A stretch of DNA of 64,000 nt from an uncultured Bacillota bacterium. GTDB taxonomy: Bacteria; Sysuimicrobiota; Sysuimicrobiia; Sysuimicrobiales; Segetimicrobiaceae. Below the pieces are notes generated by a model that made no database searches, was not told the origin of the DNA, and saw nothing but the letters and a program-made list of their open reading frames with translations. A program made the translations under genes and the position numbers. The stretch is taken from assembly GCA_963804645.1 (NCBI GenBank), contig CAWDRG010000009.1:128001-192000 (forward strand), read 5' to 3'. Of this stretch, positions 27,997 to 37,403 are shown in pieces (the first letter of the stretch is position 1; each line of letters begins with the position of its first letter).

Positions 27997-29582
27997 CAGT
28001 TCACACCCTCCTGGCCGCCGTTGCCCCACCATGCGCGCACGACATCGGCGCTAACCGCGGGGTTCCGCCGCGCCCACTCGGCGACTTGCTGCGCGAGCGC
28101 GCTGTCGGTCTCCGCGGGCGCCGGGGCGTTCTCGGGCATCACCGGGATCGACACCACGGGTGCCGGGGCCGGCGCGGGCGCGCGCCGGCGGCCGCGCATG
28201 AGGAAGAACGCGAGCGCGCCGATCACGGCGAGGGCGACGCCCCCGCCCGCCGCGAGCATCACCATCGACGGCCCGCTCTTGGCGCCCGCCGCGCCCGTGG
28301 CCGCCGTGAATCCCGCCGCCGCGGTCGACGGGGCGAAGGGAACGCGCGTCACCATGACGCTGTCACCCCGCTTTGGGTTGAGATAGCTGCTCGAGATCGC
28401 CCGCTGGATGTTGTTCGCGGTGGTCAGGCCCACCGAGTTGTCGACGAACACGGTGATCGCGAGCCGATCGATCTGGCCGCCGGGATCGCTGGTCTCGACG
28501 CGCCGCTCACCCTCGTGGTAGTTGGTCGTCTGCAGCGTGCGCTGATACGCGCTCGCCGATCCGGCGGAGGCGGCACCCGCGGCCGGCCCGTAGGTCGGCG
28601 GCTTGGCCGGCGCGCCCGCGCCGGCGGGGCCCGTCCGGCCGGCGGTCGCGGTGCCCGTGGCGCCGACGTTCGGCGCCACGCCGCCCGGTCCGCCGGAGTA
28701 GGTCTCCTGGGTCGACTGCTGGCTGACCGGCACCCCTTGGGTGGGCAGGTCCTCGACCGTCCGCACCTGCGCCGCGCGGATGTCGGCCCGGACCTCGATC
28801 ACGGCCTTGCCGGGGCCGGCGACCGCGTTGACGAGCTCCGCCACCTGGTCGTGGACGCGCTGCTCCGTCGCCTGCTCGACGGTATCCATCTCGGATCCGG
28901 ACACAAACCCGTCGGCCTGCCCCGACCCGGCTGCGAGCAGCCGTCCGTGGTCGTCGGCGACGGAGACGCGATCCGGCGTCAGTCCCTCCACCGCTGAGGC
29001 CACGAGATGCGTGATCGCCCGGACTTCAGAGCTGGACAGCTCCCCGCCCGGCTGCAGCGATACCATCACCGCCGCGTGCGCGGGCCGGTCGTTGCTCGAG
29101 TAGGTGCTGGTCTCCGGCAGCGCCAGCATCACCTGCGCGGAGCGCACCTCGCCGAGGGCTTCCACCGCCTGGGTGAGCTGGCCCTCGAGCGCGCGCATGT
29201 AGTCCACGTGCTCCACGGTGTCGCTCGCGCCGAGCGGCAGGTGGTCGAACAGGCCGAAGCCGACGATCCCGGTCGGCAGCCCTTCGCCGGCCAGCTGGAT
29301 CCGGGTCGCGGCCAGCCGGTCCGGCGCCACGAGAATGCTCGTGCCATCGTCGCTCGGCCGGAACGGGATGTGGTGTGCCTCGAGCGCGGTGATCACCTGG
29401 CTCGCGCCGTCGGGCGTGAGGTTGCTGTAGAGCACGCTCCACTGCGACTGCCGTCCGACCACCGCGAGCGCGGCAAGCACGACGGCCACGGCGACGGTGA
29501 TCGCCAGGCCAAAGCGCCGCTGCGTGGGGGGCACGTTCGCCCACGTCGCGCTCACCGACTGCATCATCTGGTCGACGGACAC
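27996..29582 (-). CDS. fliF: MS-ring protein FliF
   Basis: LYSNL, GFGLFD, RALEGQL, HLVASAVEGL, RGDSVMV, second TM, C-terminal VVRAW. Confidence 0.95.
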   Translation of the reverse strand: MSVDQMMQSVSATWANVPPTQRRFGLAITVAVAVVLAALAVVGRQSQWSVLYSNLTPDGASQVITALEAHHIPFRPSDDGTSILVAPDRLAATRIQLAGEGLPTGIVGFGLFDHLPLGASDTVEHVDYMRALEGQLTQAVEALGEVRSAQVMLALPETSTYSSNDRPAHAAVMVSLQPGGELSSSEVRAITHLVASAVEGLTPDRVSVADDHGRLLAAGSGQADGFVSGSEMDTVEQATEQRVHDQVAELVNAVAGPGKAVIEVRADIRAAQVRTVEDLPTQGVPVSQQSTQETYSGGPGGVAPNVGATGTATAGRTGPAGAGAPAKPPTYGPAAGAASAGSASAYQRTLQTTNYHEGERRVETSDPGGQIDRLAITVFVDNSVGLTTANNIQRAISSSYLNPKRGDSVMVTRVPFAPSTAAAGFTAATGAAGAKSGPSMVMLAAGGGVALAVIGALAFFLMRGRRRAPAPAPAPVVSIPVMPENAPAPAETDSALAQQVAEWARRNPAVSADVVRAWWGNGGQEGVN

Positions 29583-29585
29583 GGG

Positions 29586-29882
29586 CTAGACGGCCTCCGA
29601 CATCAGCGACTGATAGGCGCTCACGACCCGGTCGCGGACCTGGGCGAGCAGGCCCACGGCCAGCGTCGCCTCCTGCAGCGTCAGCATGGTCTTGGCGATG
29701 TCGCCGGTGCCGTTGGCGAGCTGGGTCACCTGGGACTCCGCCTGCGTCTCGAGTCCCTCGGCCTGCCCGACGACGCCGCCGAGCATCCCGGCAAAGCCCG
29801 ACTCCGCCGGCCCGCTCGGGCGGGCGGTCTGCAGGTCGGTGGTCGCAACGGGCGCCAGCGTGGGCCCGGAGATCGGCATCAT
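29586..29882 (-). CDS. fliE: FliE
   Basis: FAGML...MLTLQEA...QVRDRVVSAYQSLM. Confidence 0.92.
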   Translation of the reverse strand: MMPISGPTLAPVATTDLQTARPSGPAESGFAGMLGGVVGQAEGLETQAESQVTQLANGTGDIAKTMLTLQEATLAVGLLAQVRDRVVSAYQSLMSEAV

Positions 29883-30340
29883 GCTTTCCCGATCCCGATC
29901 GCGGCGGTCGCCATGCTCTTGGCGTCCTCGATCGCGGTGACGTTCGCGCGATAGTGCTGCGCGGCGCCCATCAGGTCCACCATCTCGCTGATCGAGGACA
30001 CGTTCGGCTGCTGCACGTAGCCCTGCGAGTCCGCGAGGGGATTGCCCGGGTCGTACGTCTTGCCGCCTTGGGTCGTGTCCGTCCTCACGCCCACGACCTC
30101 GACGCCGGCGCCGGAGGAATCGCCCTGCAGCAGCGGTTCGTCGACCGCCCCCGTAGGGGCCGCGGCCCACACGTCCGACGAGCGCTCCGCGACGATCGCC
30201 TCCTGCCGCTGAAACGGGCCGCCGCCCGGGGAGTTGGTCGTGTCGACGTTCGCGAGGTTGTTGGCGATCAGGGACATGCGAAACCGCTCGGCCGTCATGC
30301 CCGACGCGCTCACCGACATGCTCTGAAACAGCGGATCCAT
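29879..30340 (-). CDS. flgC: Rod protein FlgC
   Basis: SASGMTAERFRMSLIANNLAN, YDPGNPLAD, PNV...EMVDL. Confidence 0.96.
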   Translation of the reverse strand: MDPLFQSMSVSASGMTAERFRMSLIANNLANVDTTNSPGGGPFQRQEAIVAERSSDVWAAAPTGAVDEPLLQGDSSGAGVEVVGVRTDTTQGGKTYDPGNPLADSQGYVQQPNVSSISEMVDLMGAAQHYRANVTAIEDAKSMATAAIGIGKA

Positions 30341-30355
30341 GGCGTGCCTCCTCCG

Positions 30356-30757
30356 CTATCCCATCAGTCCGGTTTTGGCGAGCGTGATCTCGCCGCCCGC
30401 CGCGGTGGAAATGGCCTGGTACGACAGCGCGTTCGCCGCGATCTCCGCCATGGTGGCGTCGGGGTCGACCCCGCTGCCTTCGGATCCCGCCAGCACCGGC
30501 GCGGTGACGATCGTGTCGACGTCAGAGTCCGACGTGGCCGCCGTGGAAATCGGCGCGGCGCTCGCATCGGGCGGGCGGAGGGACAGAGTCTGGTCGAGCG
30601 TGTCGGCGAAAGACGTCGTATCGACGTCGCGCGCGACGAACCCCGGCGAGTGCGCGTTCGCCAGGTCGTTGGCGAGGACTTGCTGCCGGAACGCGTGCAG
30701 TGACAGCGCCCGTGCCACTTCGGTTAAGCCTGGGATCATCATCGCACCGTCAACCAT
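30356..30757 (-). CDS. flgB: Rod protein FlgB
   Basis: RQQVLANDLANAHSPGFVARDV, GSGVDPDATM...NALSYQA; start uncertain. Confidence 0.9.
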   Translation of the reverse strand: MVDGAMMIPGLTEVARALSLHAFRQQVLANDLANAHSPGFVARDVDTTSFADTLDQTLSLRPPDASAAPISTAATSDSDVDTIVTAPVLAGSEGSGVDPDATMAEIAANALSYQAISTAAGGEITLAKTGLMG

Positions 30758-30813
30758 AGCGAGCCCGCCCGTGCGAGACAATCTGCAAACGCCTATTCAC
30801 TTGCGTACTGCCC

Positions 30814-32028
30814 TTAGTCCGCGGCGGGACCCTCGACGCGTGCGGTGCGCTGCGCGGACGCCAGTGCCGGCGCGCTTCCAATGTGCTGCACGTCCGGGAC
30901 GTCCGGCACAGCCTGCAGCGGGGCCGCGGGTGCGGTGCCGTTGCGGGTGGGCGGGGTGGAACCGGGCAGCATCGCGACGAGCGCGAACACCGCGCGCGCC
31001 TGCTCGAGGACGCTGCTGGCGTCGGTGATTTGTCCGGAGGACGTGTGCAGGTCCGCGAGGACCACGAGGCTCTGGGCCTCGGTCAGCGCGTCGCCGGCCT
31101 CGTGCGCCACCGCGCGGGCGTATCCGATCTGGGCGAACGCTTCGTCGATCCGCCCCTGCCGGCGCGCCGCCTGCCCCAGGTGCAGGCGCGTGACCGCCTC
31201 CTGCCGCTTGGTCGCCAAGGCCTCGCGCAGCATCAGCGCGTGCTGATTGGCATTGACCGCGCCTGCCAGGTTCCCGTGGCTCTCGGCGGTGATCGCCTGC
31301 GCTTCCCACAGTTCCGCCGCCTGCTGGGGCGCGAGCGAGGCCATCGCCTCCTCGAGCTGCGCCTCGAGGCCGTCGCTGCCGTCGCCCTGCGCCAGCGCGA
31401 CGCAGATCAGCTCGGCCACGCAGCGCGCGCGCAGGCCCGGCCAGGAGTCACCCATGCTGGCCAGCGTCGTGATCAGCGTCTGCTGGGCCCGGGGATGATC
31501 GCCCTTCGCGTGCAGCGCCACGGCCAGCGCGTAGCGACTCTGGGCCACCGCCTGCGCGTGCCCGAACCGCGCCGCCTCCGTCTGCGCCGCGGTCAGCTCG
31601 GTCTCATACTGCGGGGTCCACCGGCGCTGCACGCGCGCCGACGCGAACTCAAGACGGGCGAGCGCGGTGCGGGACGCATCCGAGGCGGTCACCGCGAGGG
31701 CCTCGGCGGTCTCAAACAGGCGCTGCGCGGTCTCCAGGTCGCCCGCGGCGCGCCGGATCCTCGCGCGCAGCAGCACGCAGTCGATCTCGGCCTCGTCCGG
31801 GCCGCCCTGCTCCAGGAAAAATCGGATGGGCTTCCCGACGCGGCGCGCGATGTGCGACAGCACCCGACGGGTGGGGTTCACGCGGCCGGACTCGATCCGG
31901 TGGATGGTGACCGGATCGACCTCGCCGCCCGCGAGCTGTGCTTGCGTCAGCCCAGCCTCCAAACGCGACTGTCGAACCTTGTCCGCGAGCGAGGCTGTTG
32001 AGGAACTCAACCGGATCGTCCCCCCCAC
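30814..32028 (-). CDS. XRE-family HTH plus TPR-repeat transcriptional regulator
   Basis: KVRQSRLEAGLTQAQLA...IHRIESGRVNP HTH followed by Ala/Leu-rich helical repeats; GTG start. Confidence 0.85.
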   Translation of the reverse strand: MGGTIRLSSSTASLADKVRQSRLEAGLTQAQLAGGEVDPVTIHRIESGRVNPTRRVLSHIARRVGKPIRFFLEQGGPDEAEIDCVLLRARIRRAAGDLETAQRLFETAEALAVTASDASRTALARLEFASARVQRRWTPQYETELTAAQTEAARFGHAQAVAQSRYALAVALHAKGDHPRAQQTLITTLASMGDSWPGLRARCVAELICVALAQGDGSDGLEAQLEEAMASLAPQQAAELWEAQAITAESHGNLAGAVNANQHALMLREALATKRQEAVTRLHLGQAARRQGRIDEAFAQIGYARAVAHEAGDALTEAQSLVVLADLHTSSGQITDASSVLEQARAVFALVAMLPGSTPPTRNGTAPAAPLQAVPDVPDVQHIGSAPALASAQRTARVEGPAAD

Positions 32029-32570
32029 CTAACCGGCGCCGCCGACCGTTCCGGCCCGCGACGTCTCGCCCGCAGGAATCCAGGCGACCAGGGTATACCC
32101 CCAGGGTCCAGTCCCTAGACCTCGCACCACCTAACGCTTTCGGTGCGGGTCGCGAACCGTTCCGAGCTTGGTATGGGGGGACGAGCGAATCACGAGAGCC
32201 CGGTCGACAGATGGCGTGAGAGAGGACAGCACCGGCAGCGTTGTCGCTCTCGCACCGTGGATCCCTCGCCCCCCCGGCAAGTTTGTTGGTACGAATCTCC
32301 CCGCTCGAGCGGAGAGAATGAGCACGTCTGCACGGGTACCGTACGCCTTTTGAAGGAGCGACTCAATGGGAATTTCGGACGCACGAAGCCCAAAGGTACC
32401 ACCGGTCCCACCTAGTCCGAAGGTACCGGGAGAAAACGTGCGGGACCCCCGCTGGATCGCGGGGGTTCGGGGCAGAAGATGCTTTGGTGTAGTACGTGCC
32501 CACGACGCCGGTGGTGCTTCTGTCACCGCGGGCGCGTCGCGGCGTGACGGCGGATCGGACCGCCCCGCGG

Positions 32571-33428
32571 CTACCGTCCGGACGCGAGCAGCACCACGAG
32601 GCTCGGAAGGACGAGCAGCGCGGTCAAGATCAACACCAGTACGAACGACGGCGTCTGCGCGCGCGCCGCTCTCGTCTCCAACGCCTCGAGGGTCATCAGG
32701 CGCAGCCCGTTCAGCGCGTGGTACACGACCGCCGCGACCAGCGCGCCTTCCATCGGCACGAGAAACGGGGCGGCGTACGCGCGCACCGTGCGGTCGTACA
32801 GGTCCGGGGCCAGCGGGACGAGCGCGACGTCGAGGATGTGGACGCAGAGAAACCCGAGCACGCCGACCCCGGCGGCGCGGCTGAGCGCGAACGCCCACTG
32901 TCCCGGGTACACCCAGCGGCCGAGCGGAAGGCGAGCCAGCATCCGCGCGCACAGCAGGACCGCGGCGGCGAGCCCGGCGGCGTACGTCAGCGCCGCCAGC
33001 GCCGCCAGGGCCGCGAGCATGGCCGCGGGGATCCACGTCGCCCCCGACAGCGGCCCCGGGGCGCTCCCCGGGACCCGCGCGCCCGCGAGCAGCGCCCACA
33101 CGCCGAGGGAGCCGAACGCGAGCAGGACGACGGCGAACCCGCCGCCGAGCGCCGCGCGCGGAACGCCCGGCCGTACGCGCGCCCGGAGCGCGCCGTACGC
33201 GCCGGCGACGCCGTGCGACAGCGCCAGCAGCAGCAGCACGCCGTCGAACACCCGCCATGCCGATCCGGCCCAGCGTCCGGCCACGAACGCCGCGTCGGTC
33301 GCAAACGGCGCGCGCTGATAGTGCATGATGAGGAGGTGGCCGAACGCAAAGGCCACCATCGCGAGCCCGCTCACGCGCAGGTAGTACCACGTGGCGGCCT
33401 CGACGCCGCGGGCCGGCCGGCTAGCGAT
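32571..33428 (-). CDS. Fused SdhD-SdhC-like membrane anchor (cytochrome b)
   Basis: WYYLRVSGLA...HLLIMH...HGVAG (SdhD-like), then WAFALSRAAG...HILD...YHALNGLRL (SdhC-like); start probably upstream of the called GTG at 33374. Confidence 0.8.
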   Translation of the reverse strand: MASRPARGVEAATWYYLRVSGLAMVAFAFGHLLIMHYQRAPFATDAAFVAGRWAGSAWRVFDGVLLLLALSHGVAGAYGALRARVRPGVPRAALGGGFAVVLLAFGSLGVWALLAGARVPGSAPGPLSGATWIPAAMLAALAALAALTYAAGLAAAVLLCARMLARLPLGRWVYPGQWAFALSRAAGVGVLGFLCVHILDVALVPLAPDLYDRTVRAYAAPFLVPMEGALVAAVVYHALNGLRLMTLEALETRAARAQTPSFVLVLILTALLVLPSLVVLLASGR

Positions 33429-34125
33429 CGACGGTACCTTTCCGCAGCCGCATGATCGACAGCAGCGGATCGATGTCGACCGGGCACGCGGCGACGCAGC
33501 TGCCGACGTCGTGGCACGCGTGCACGCCGCCGTCCCCGGAGACCAGCCGCAGGCGATCGCGGTGTGCCGTCTCGCGCGCGTCCGCCGCGAGCACGTACGC
33601 GCGGTTGAGCGCGGCCGGGCCGAGGTACCCGGGATTGCTCGCGACGACCGGACACGCCGAATAGCACGCGCCGCAGGAGATGCACCCGAGCTGTCGGTCC
33701 ATGAGGTCGCGCGCGCCCGAATCGGGACGCACGACCGCCGGCGCGCCGCCGCCCGCGGTGATCGCGGCCGGCTCGCCGACGTAGAAGGGATCGACGGCCC
33801 CGTACTTGTCGAAAAACGGGGCCATGTCGACGACCAGGTCCTTGATCACCGGGAGCGACCGCAGCGGCTCGACGTGCACCGGCTCCCGGACCGCCTCCAG
33901 CCGGAGCCGGCACGCGAGCGCTTCGCGGCCGTTGACGACCATCGCGCAGGAGCCGCACATCCCCGCCCGGCACGAGTACCGGAAGCCGAGGCTGCCGTCC
34001 GTGTGCTCGAGGATCCAGAACAGGGCGTCCAAGACGCTCATCCGGGGCTCGGCGCCCACCGTGTACGACCGCCACGCCGGGCGGGCGTCCGTCGTCGGGT
34101 CGAAGCGTCTGACGCGGAAGATCAC
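33421..34125 (-). CDS. Sdh/Frd-family iron-sulfur subunit
   Basis: SCRAGMCGSC...C, CISCGACYSACP, CHDVGSCVAACP, VIKDLVVD. Confidence 0.93.
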   Translation of the reverse strand: MIFRVRRFDPTTDARPAWRSYTVGAEPRMSVLDALFWILEHTDGSLGFRYSCRAGMCGSCAMVVNGREALACRLRLEAVREPVHVEPLRSLPVIKDLVVDMAPFFDKYGAVDPFYVGEPAAITAGGGAPAVVRPDSGARDLMDRQLGCISCGACYSACPVVASNPGYLGPAALNRAYVLAADARETAHRDRLRLVSGDGGVHACHDVGSCVAACPVDIDPLLSIMRLRKGTVDR

Positions 34126-35849
34126 GACGGCGCGGGCTGCCGCCGCCCCGCGGACCCGTCCGGCAAGAGGCGCGTCAGGCGCACCGGCTCCGTCCAGGGC
34201 TCGCGCCCGGCGGCCTGATGAATGTGGACCAGCCAGTGCGCGTCGTCGCGCTCCGGGAAATCGCTGCGCGCGTGAGACCCGCGGCTCTCGCGGCGCAGGA
34301 GGGCCGCGGCGGCCGTCAGGCGGGCGGCCGTGAGGAGATTGCGGACGTCGAGCGCCTGCTGCCACGCGAGGTTCCACCGCCGGCCGCTCGGCGCCGCCGC
34401 CTGCGCGGCCCGCGCGTCCAGATCGTCGATCTCGGCGAGGGCCCGCGCGAGCCCCGGTCCGTCGCGCACCAGCCCTACCTGGTCCCACATCAGACGCTGC
34501 AGCCGGTCGCGGATCTCAAACGGGTGTGACCCGCGCTCGCGGCCGAGCGGCGCCAGGGCTGCGTCGCACGCCCGCTGGGCCTCGTCCGGATCGGGGGCCT
34601 CGAGCGGGCCCTCGGCGCGCGCACGCGCCGCGGTCATCCCGGCCCGCGCGCCGAACACGCAGGACTCGGCCACCCCGTTGCCCCCCAGACGGTTGGCGCC
34701 GTGCACGCCGCCGGCGTCCTCGCCGGCGACGAGCAGGCCGGGCAGCGCGGTCCGGCAGTCCGCGTCGATCCGCACGCCGCCCATGTGGAAGTGCGCCGTG
34801 GGCGTCACCTCGACCGGCCCGGTGGTCAGATCGTACCCCACCTCCGCGCACCGCTTCACCATGCCGGGGAAGTTGCGCGCGACGAACGACGCGCCGAGGT
34901 GGGACGCGTCGAGCAGCACCCCCCCGGCGGCGGTCCCGCGCCCGGCCGCGATCTCGAGATAGCTCGCCCGCGAGACGAGGTCCCGCGTCGCGCGCTCCAT
35001 CCGCTCCGGATCGTACCGCGCCATGTAGCGCTCGCCGCGGGCGTTGCGCAGCCATGCCCCGGCGCCGCGCAGGCCTTCCTCCAGGACCATGCCCGACAGC
35101 CGCGAGGCGCCGGCGAGCAGGCCCGTCGGATGAAACTGCATCATCTCCATGTCGATGAGGTCGCAGCCCGCCCGCCAGGCCATCGCGTAGCCGTCCCCGG
35201 TCTTCTCGAGCGACGGCGCCGAGAACGTGTACATCCGGGGTCCCCCGCCGGTCGCGAGGATCACCACCCGCGCCGTGACGACGACAAACGCCCCCTCGCG
35301 CTGCCGCAGCAGGAGCGCCCCCGCGATGCGGCGGCCCGCGCGGTCGTGGAGCAGGTCCACGGCCCGCGTTTCGTCAAGGACCCGGATGCGCCGCGCGAAC
35401 AGCTGGTCATGGAGGCGGCTCACGATCTCGATGCCCGTGAGGTCGCCCCGGTGGATCGTGCGGTCGAACGACTGCCCCGCGAACGCCTTCTGGTGGATCG
35501 CGCCGTCTTCGCGCCGGTCGAAGAAGCACCCCACCTTGGTCTCCAGCTTGCGGATCACGTCGGGCGCTTCGCTGACCAGCGTCCAGGCGAGCTCCTGATC
35601 GTTCAGGAACTGCCCGCCCGCGAGCGTGTCGCGGAAGTGCAGCTCGGGGGAGTCCGCGGGGTCGAGCGCGGCGTTGAAACCGCCCTGCACGAGCCGCGTG
35701 CAGCCGCTCTTGCCGACCAGCCCCTTCGCGGCCAGGATGATGTCGAGGGTGGGGTCCGTGTCGTACGCGTGCAGCGCGGCCATCAGACCCGCGCCGCCGC
35801 TCCCGAGGATCAGCACATCGCAGGCGAGCTCGTCCCACTCACGGCTCAT
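34122..35849 (-). CDS. Sdh/Frd-family flavoprotein lacking the covalent-FAD His
   Basis: GSGGAG, GKSGCT..VQGG, QFHPT, TRDLVSRA, AHFHMGG, HGANRLGGN, RRESRGSH. Confidence 0.92.
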   Translation of the reverse strand: MSREWDELACDVLILGSGGAGLMAALHAYDTDPTLDIILAAKGLVGKSGCTRLVQGGFNAALDPADSPELHFRDTLAGGQFLNDQELAWTLVSEAPDVIRKLETKVGCFFDRREDGAIHQKAFAGQSFDRTIHRGDLTGIEIVSRLHDQLFARRIRVLDETRAVDLLHDRAGRRIAGALLLRQREGAFVVVTARVVILATGGGPRMYTFSAPSLEKTGDGYAMAWRAGCDLIDMEMMQFHPTGLLAGASRLSGMVLEEGLRGAGAWLRNARGERYMARYDPERMERATRDLVSRASYLEIAAGRGTAAGGVLLDASHLGASFVARNFPGMVKRCAEVGYDLTTGPVEVTPTAHFHMGGVRIDADCRTALPGLLVAGEDAGGVHGANRLGGNGVAESCVFGARAGMTAARARAEGPLEAPDPDEAQRACDAALAPLGRERGSHPFEIRDRLQRLMWDQVGLVRDGPGLARALAEIDDLDARAAQAAAPSGRRWNLAWQQALDVRNLLTAARLTAAAALLRRESRGSHARSDFPERDDAHWLVHIHQAAGREPWTEPVRLTRLLPDGSAGRRQPAPS

Positions 35850-36444
35850 CACTGAGGCCCAGCTTCGCGTAGACATCGGCGAGGCGCTGGCGCGCCCGCG
35901 CGGCCACGTCCCGGTACATGCTCGCGCCCGCGGCGTCCATGGCGACGGTCAGCGGCCCGAACGCCCGCACGCGGAACTGCCAGAGGCACTCGGGCATCAG
36001 ATCTTCCCAGTACACGTGCTCGATCGCCTCGACCTGCTCGGTCTCGACCGACGCGGCGCCCCCGACGATGGCGAGATACACGCCGCCGTACCGCGCGAGC
36101 GCGGCGCTGCTCGCGTCCGACAGCCCGCCCTTGCCGATGATCGCCCGCACGCCGTAGTCCCGGAGGAGTCCCTCGGTGAACCGGTCCATGCGCATGCTGG
36201 TGGTGGTGCCGACCGTCGTGGGCACGTAGCCGCTCGGCACGGCGGAGGACCGGCGCACGTTCGGCGCCACGTGCAGGAGGGCGCCGCCCCGCAGCTCCGC
36301 GGGCGGCGGCTGCCCCTGATCGAAGATGCGGATCAGGGTGGCGTCGCGGATGCCCCACACCACGCCGTCGAGCATCACCGCATCGCCGACGCGGAGGGCC
36401 CGCACCGCGTCCTCGTCGAGCGGCGTGCGGAGGAGATGCTCCAT
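35839..36444 (-). CDS. Class I fumarate hydratase / L-tartrate dehydratase beta subunit
   Basis: LRVGDAVMLDG...RD, GTTTSMRM, IIGKGG, DLMPECLW, FGPLTVAMD. Confidence 0.9.
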   Translation of the reverse strand: MEHLLRTPLDEDAVRALRVGDAVMLDGVVWGIRDATLIRIFDQGQPPPAELRGGALLHVAPNVRRSSAVPSGYVPTTVGTTTSMRMDRFTEGLLRDYGVRAIIGKGGLSDASSAALARYGGVYLAIVGGAASVETEQVEAIEHVYWEDLMPECLWQFRVRAFGPLTVAMDAAGASMYRDVAARARQRLADVYAKLGLSDEP

Positions 36445-36446
36445 CG

Positions 36447-37352
36447 TCAGTATCCGACCTCCACGCGTCCCCCGGCGTACACGCGCGCGCGGCGCCGCTC
36501 GCCCCGCCAGCACTGCATGTTCACGGCGACGGGGTTGAGGGTGATGTGCGTCCACGCGGTCTCGACGTGAAGGTCGAGCGCCGTCGTGTCGCCGCCGAGC
36601 CCCATCGGTCCGATGCCGGTGCTGTTGATCGCCTCGAGCAGCTCGACCTCGAGCGCGGCGATCTTCGGATCGGGATGCCGCTCGCCGACCGGCCGCAGCG
36701 TCGCCTTCTTCGCCAGGGTCACGCACACGTCCGAGGACCCGCCGATGCCGACGCCGATGATCGTCGGCGGGCAGGGACGTCCGCCCGCGCCCACGCACGT
36801 CTCGAGCACGAACTTCTTGATGCCGTTGATCCCGTCCGCCGGCAGCAACATCTTCAGGAAGGACATGCTCTCCGAACCCGACCCTTTCGGCATCATCATG
36901 ATGTCGATGTGGTCGATCTCCTGCGAGAACTCGACGTGGAACACCGGAATCCCCTCGCCGCTGCTCGTCTGCCGGTTTTCCCGTTCGATCGGCGAGACGA
37001 TGCTGGACCGGATCGGCGTCTCGACCGTGGCCCGTTCGACCCCGCGGCGCAGCGCGTCGAGCATGCGCGCGCCGTCGACGACCACCCCGCGGCCGATCGT
37101 GATCCAGAAGATCGGAATGCCGGTGTCCTGGCAGACGAGCGTGTGCGTGCGGTCGGAGACGTCGATCGCCTTGAGGATCGTGCGGAAGATCCCGCGGGCG
37201 ACCGGGCTCGTTTCGCGCGCCAGCGCGCCGCGCAGTCCCTCGCGGACGTCGGGCGGAATGTCGATCTGCGCGTCCAGGTAGAGCCGCCGCCCCAAGTCTT
37301 CGAACAGCGCGTCGTACTCGCGGGCGTCCATGGTGACCTCCGCCATTTCCAC
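36447..37352 (-). CDS. Class I fumarate hydratase / L-tartrate dehydratase alpha subunit
   Basis: CQDTG, PKGSGSE, PCPP..GVGIGG, GIGPMGLGG, VAVNMQCW. Confidence 0.92.
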   Translation of the reverse strand: MEMAEVTMDAREYDALFEDLGRRLYLDAQIDIPPDVREGLRGALARETSPVARGIFRTILKAIDVSDRTHTLVCQDTGIPIFWITIGRGVVVDGARMLDALRRGVERATVETPIRSSIVSPIERENRQTSSGEGIPVFHVEFSQEIDHIDIMMMPKGSGSESMSFLKMLLPADGINGIKKFVLETCVGAGGRPCPPTIIGVGIGGSSDVCVTLAKKATLRPVGERHPDPKIAALEVELLEAINSTGIGPMGLGGDTTALDLHVETAWTHITLNPVAVNMQCWRGERRRARVYAGGRVEVGY

Positions 37353-37403
37353 GCCTCCCGCTTCGTCAGTCCCGCACCCGGTCCCCCCGGCGGACGCGGG
37401 CGC

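Noticed and set aside
12179..29582. Injectisome-type T3SS
   Set aside because: Rod, hook, stator and flagellin genes show the export apparatus is flagellar.
34122..35849. L-aspartate oxidase nadB or canonical sdhA
   Set aside because: Fe-S and membrane partners with no nadA/nadC argue against nadB; the missing covalent-FAD His argues against canonical sdhA.
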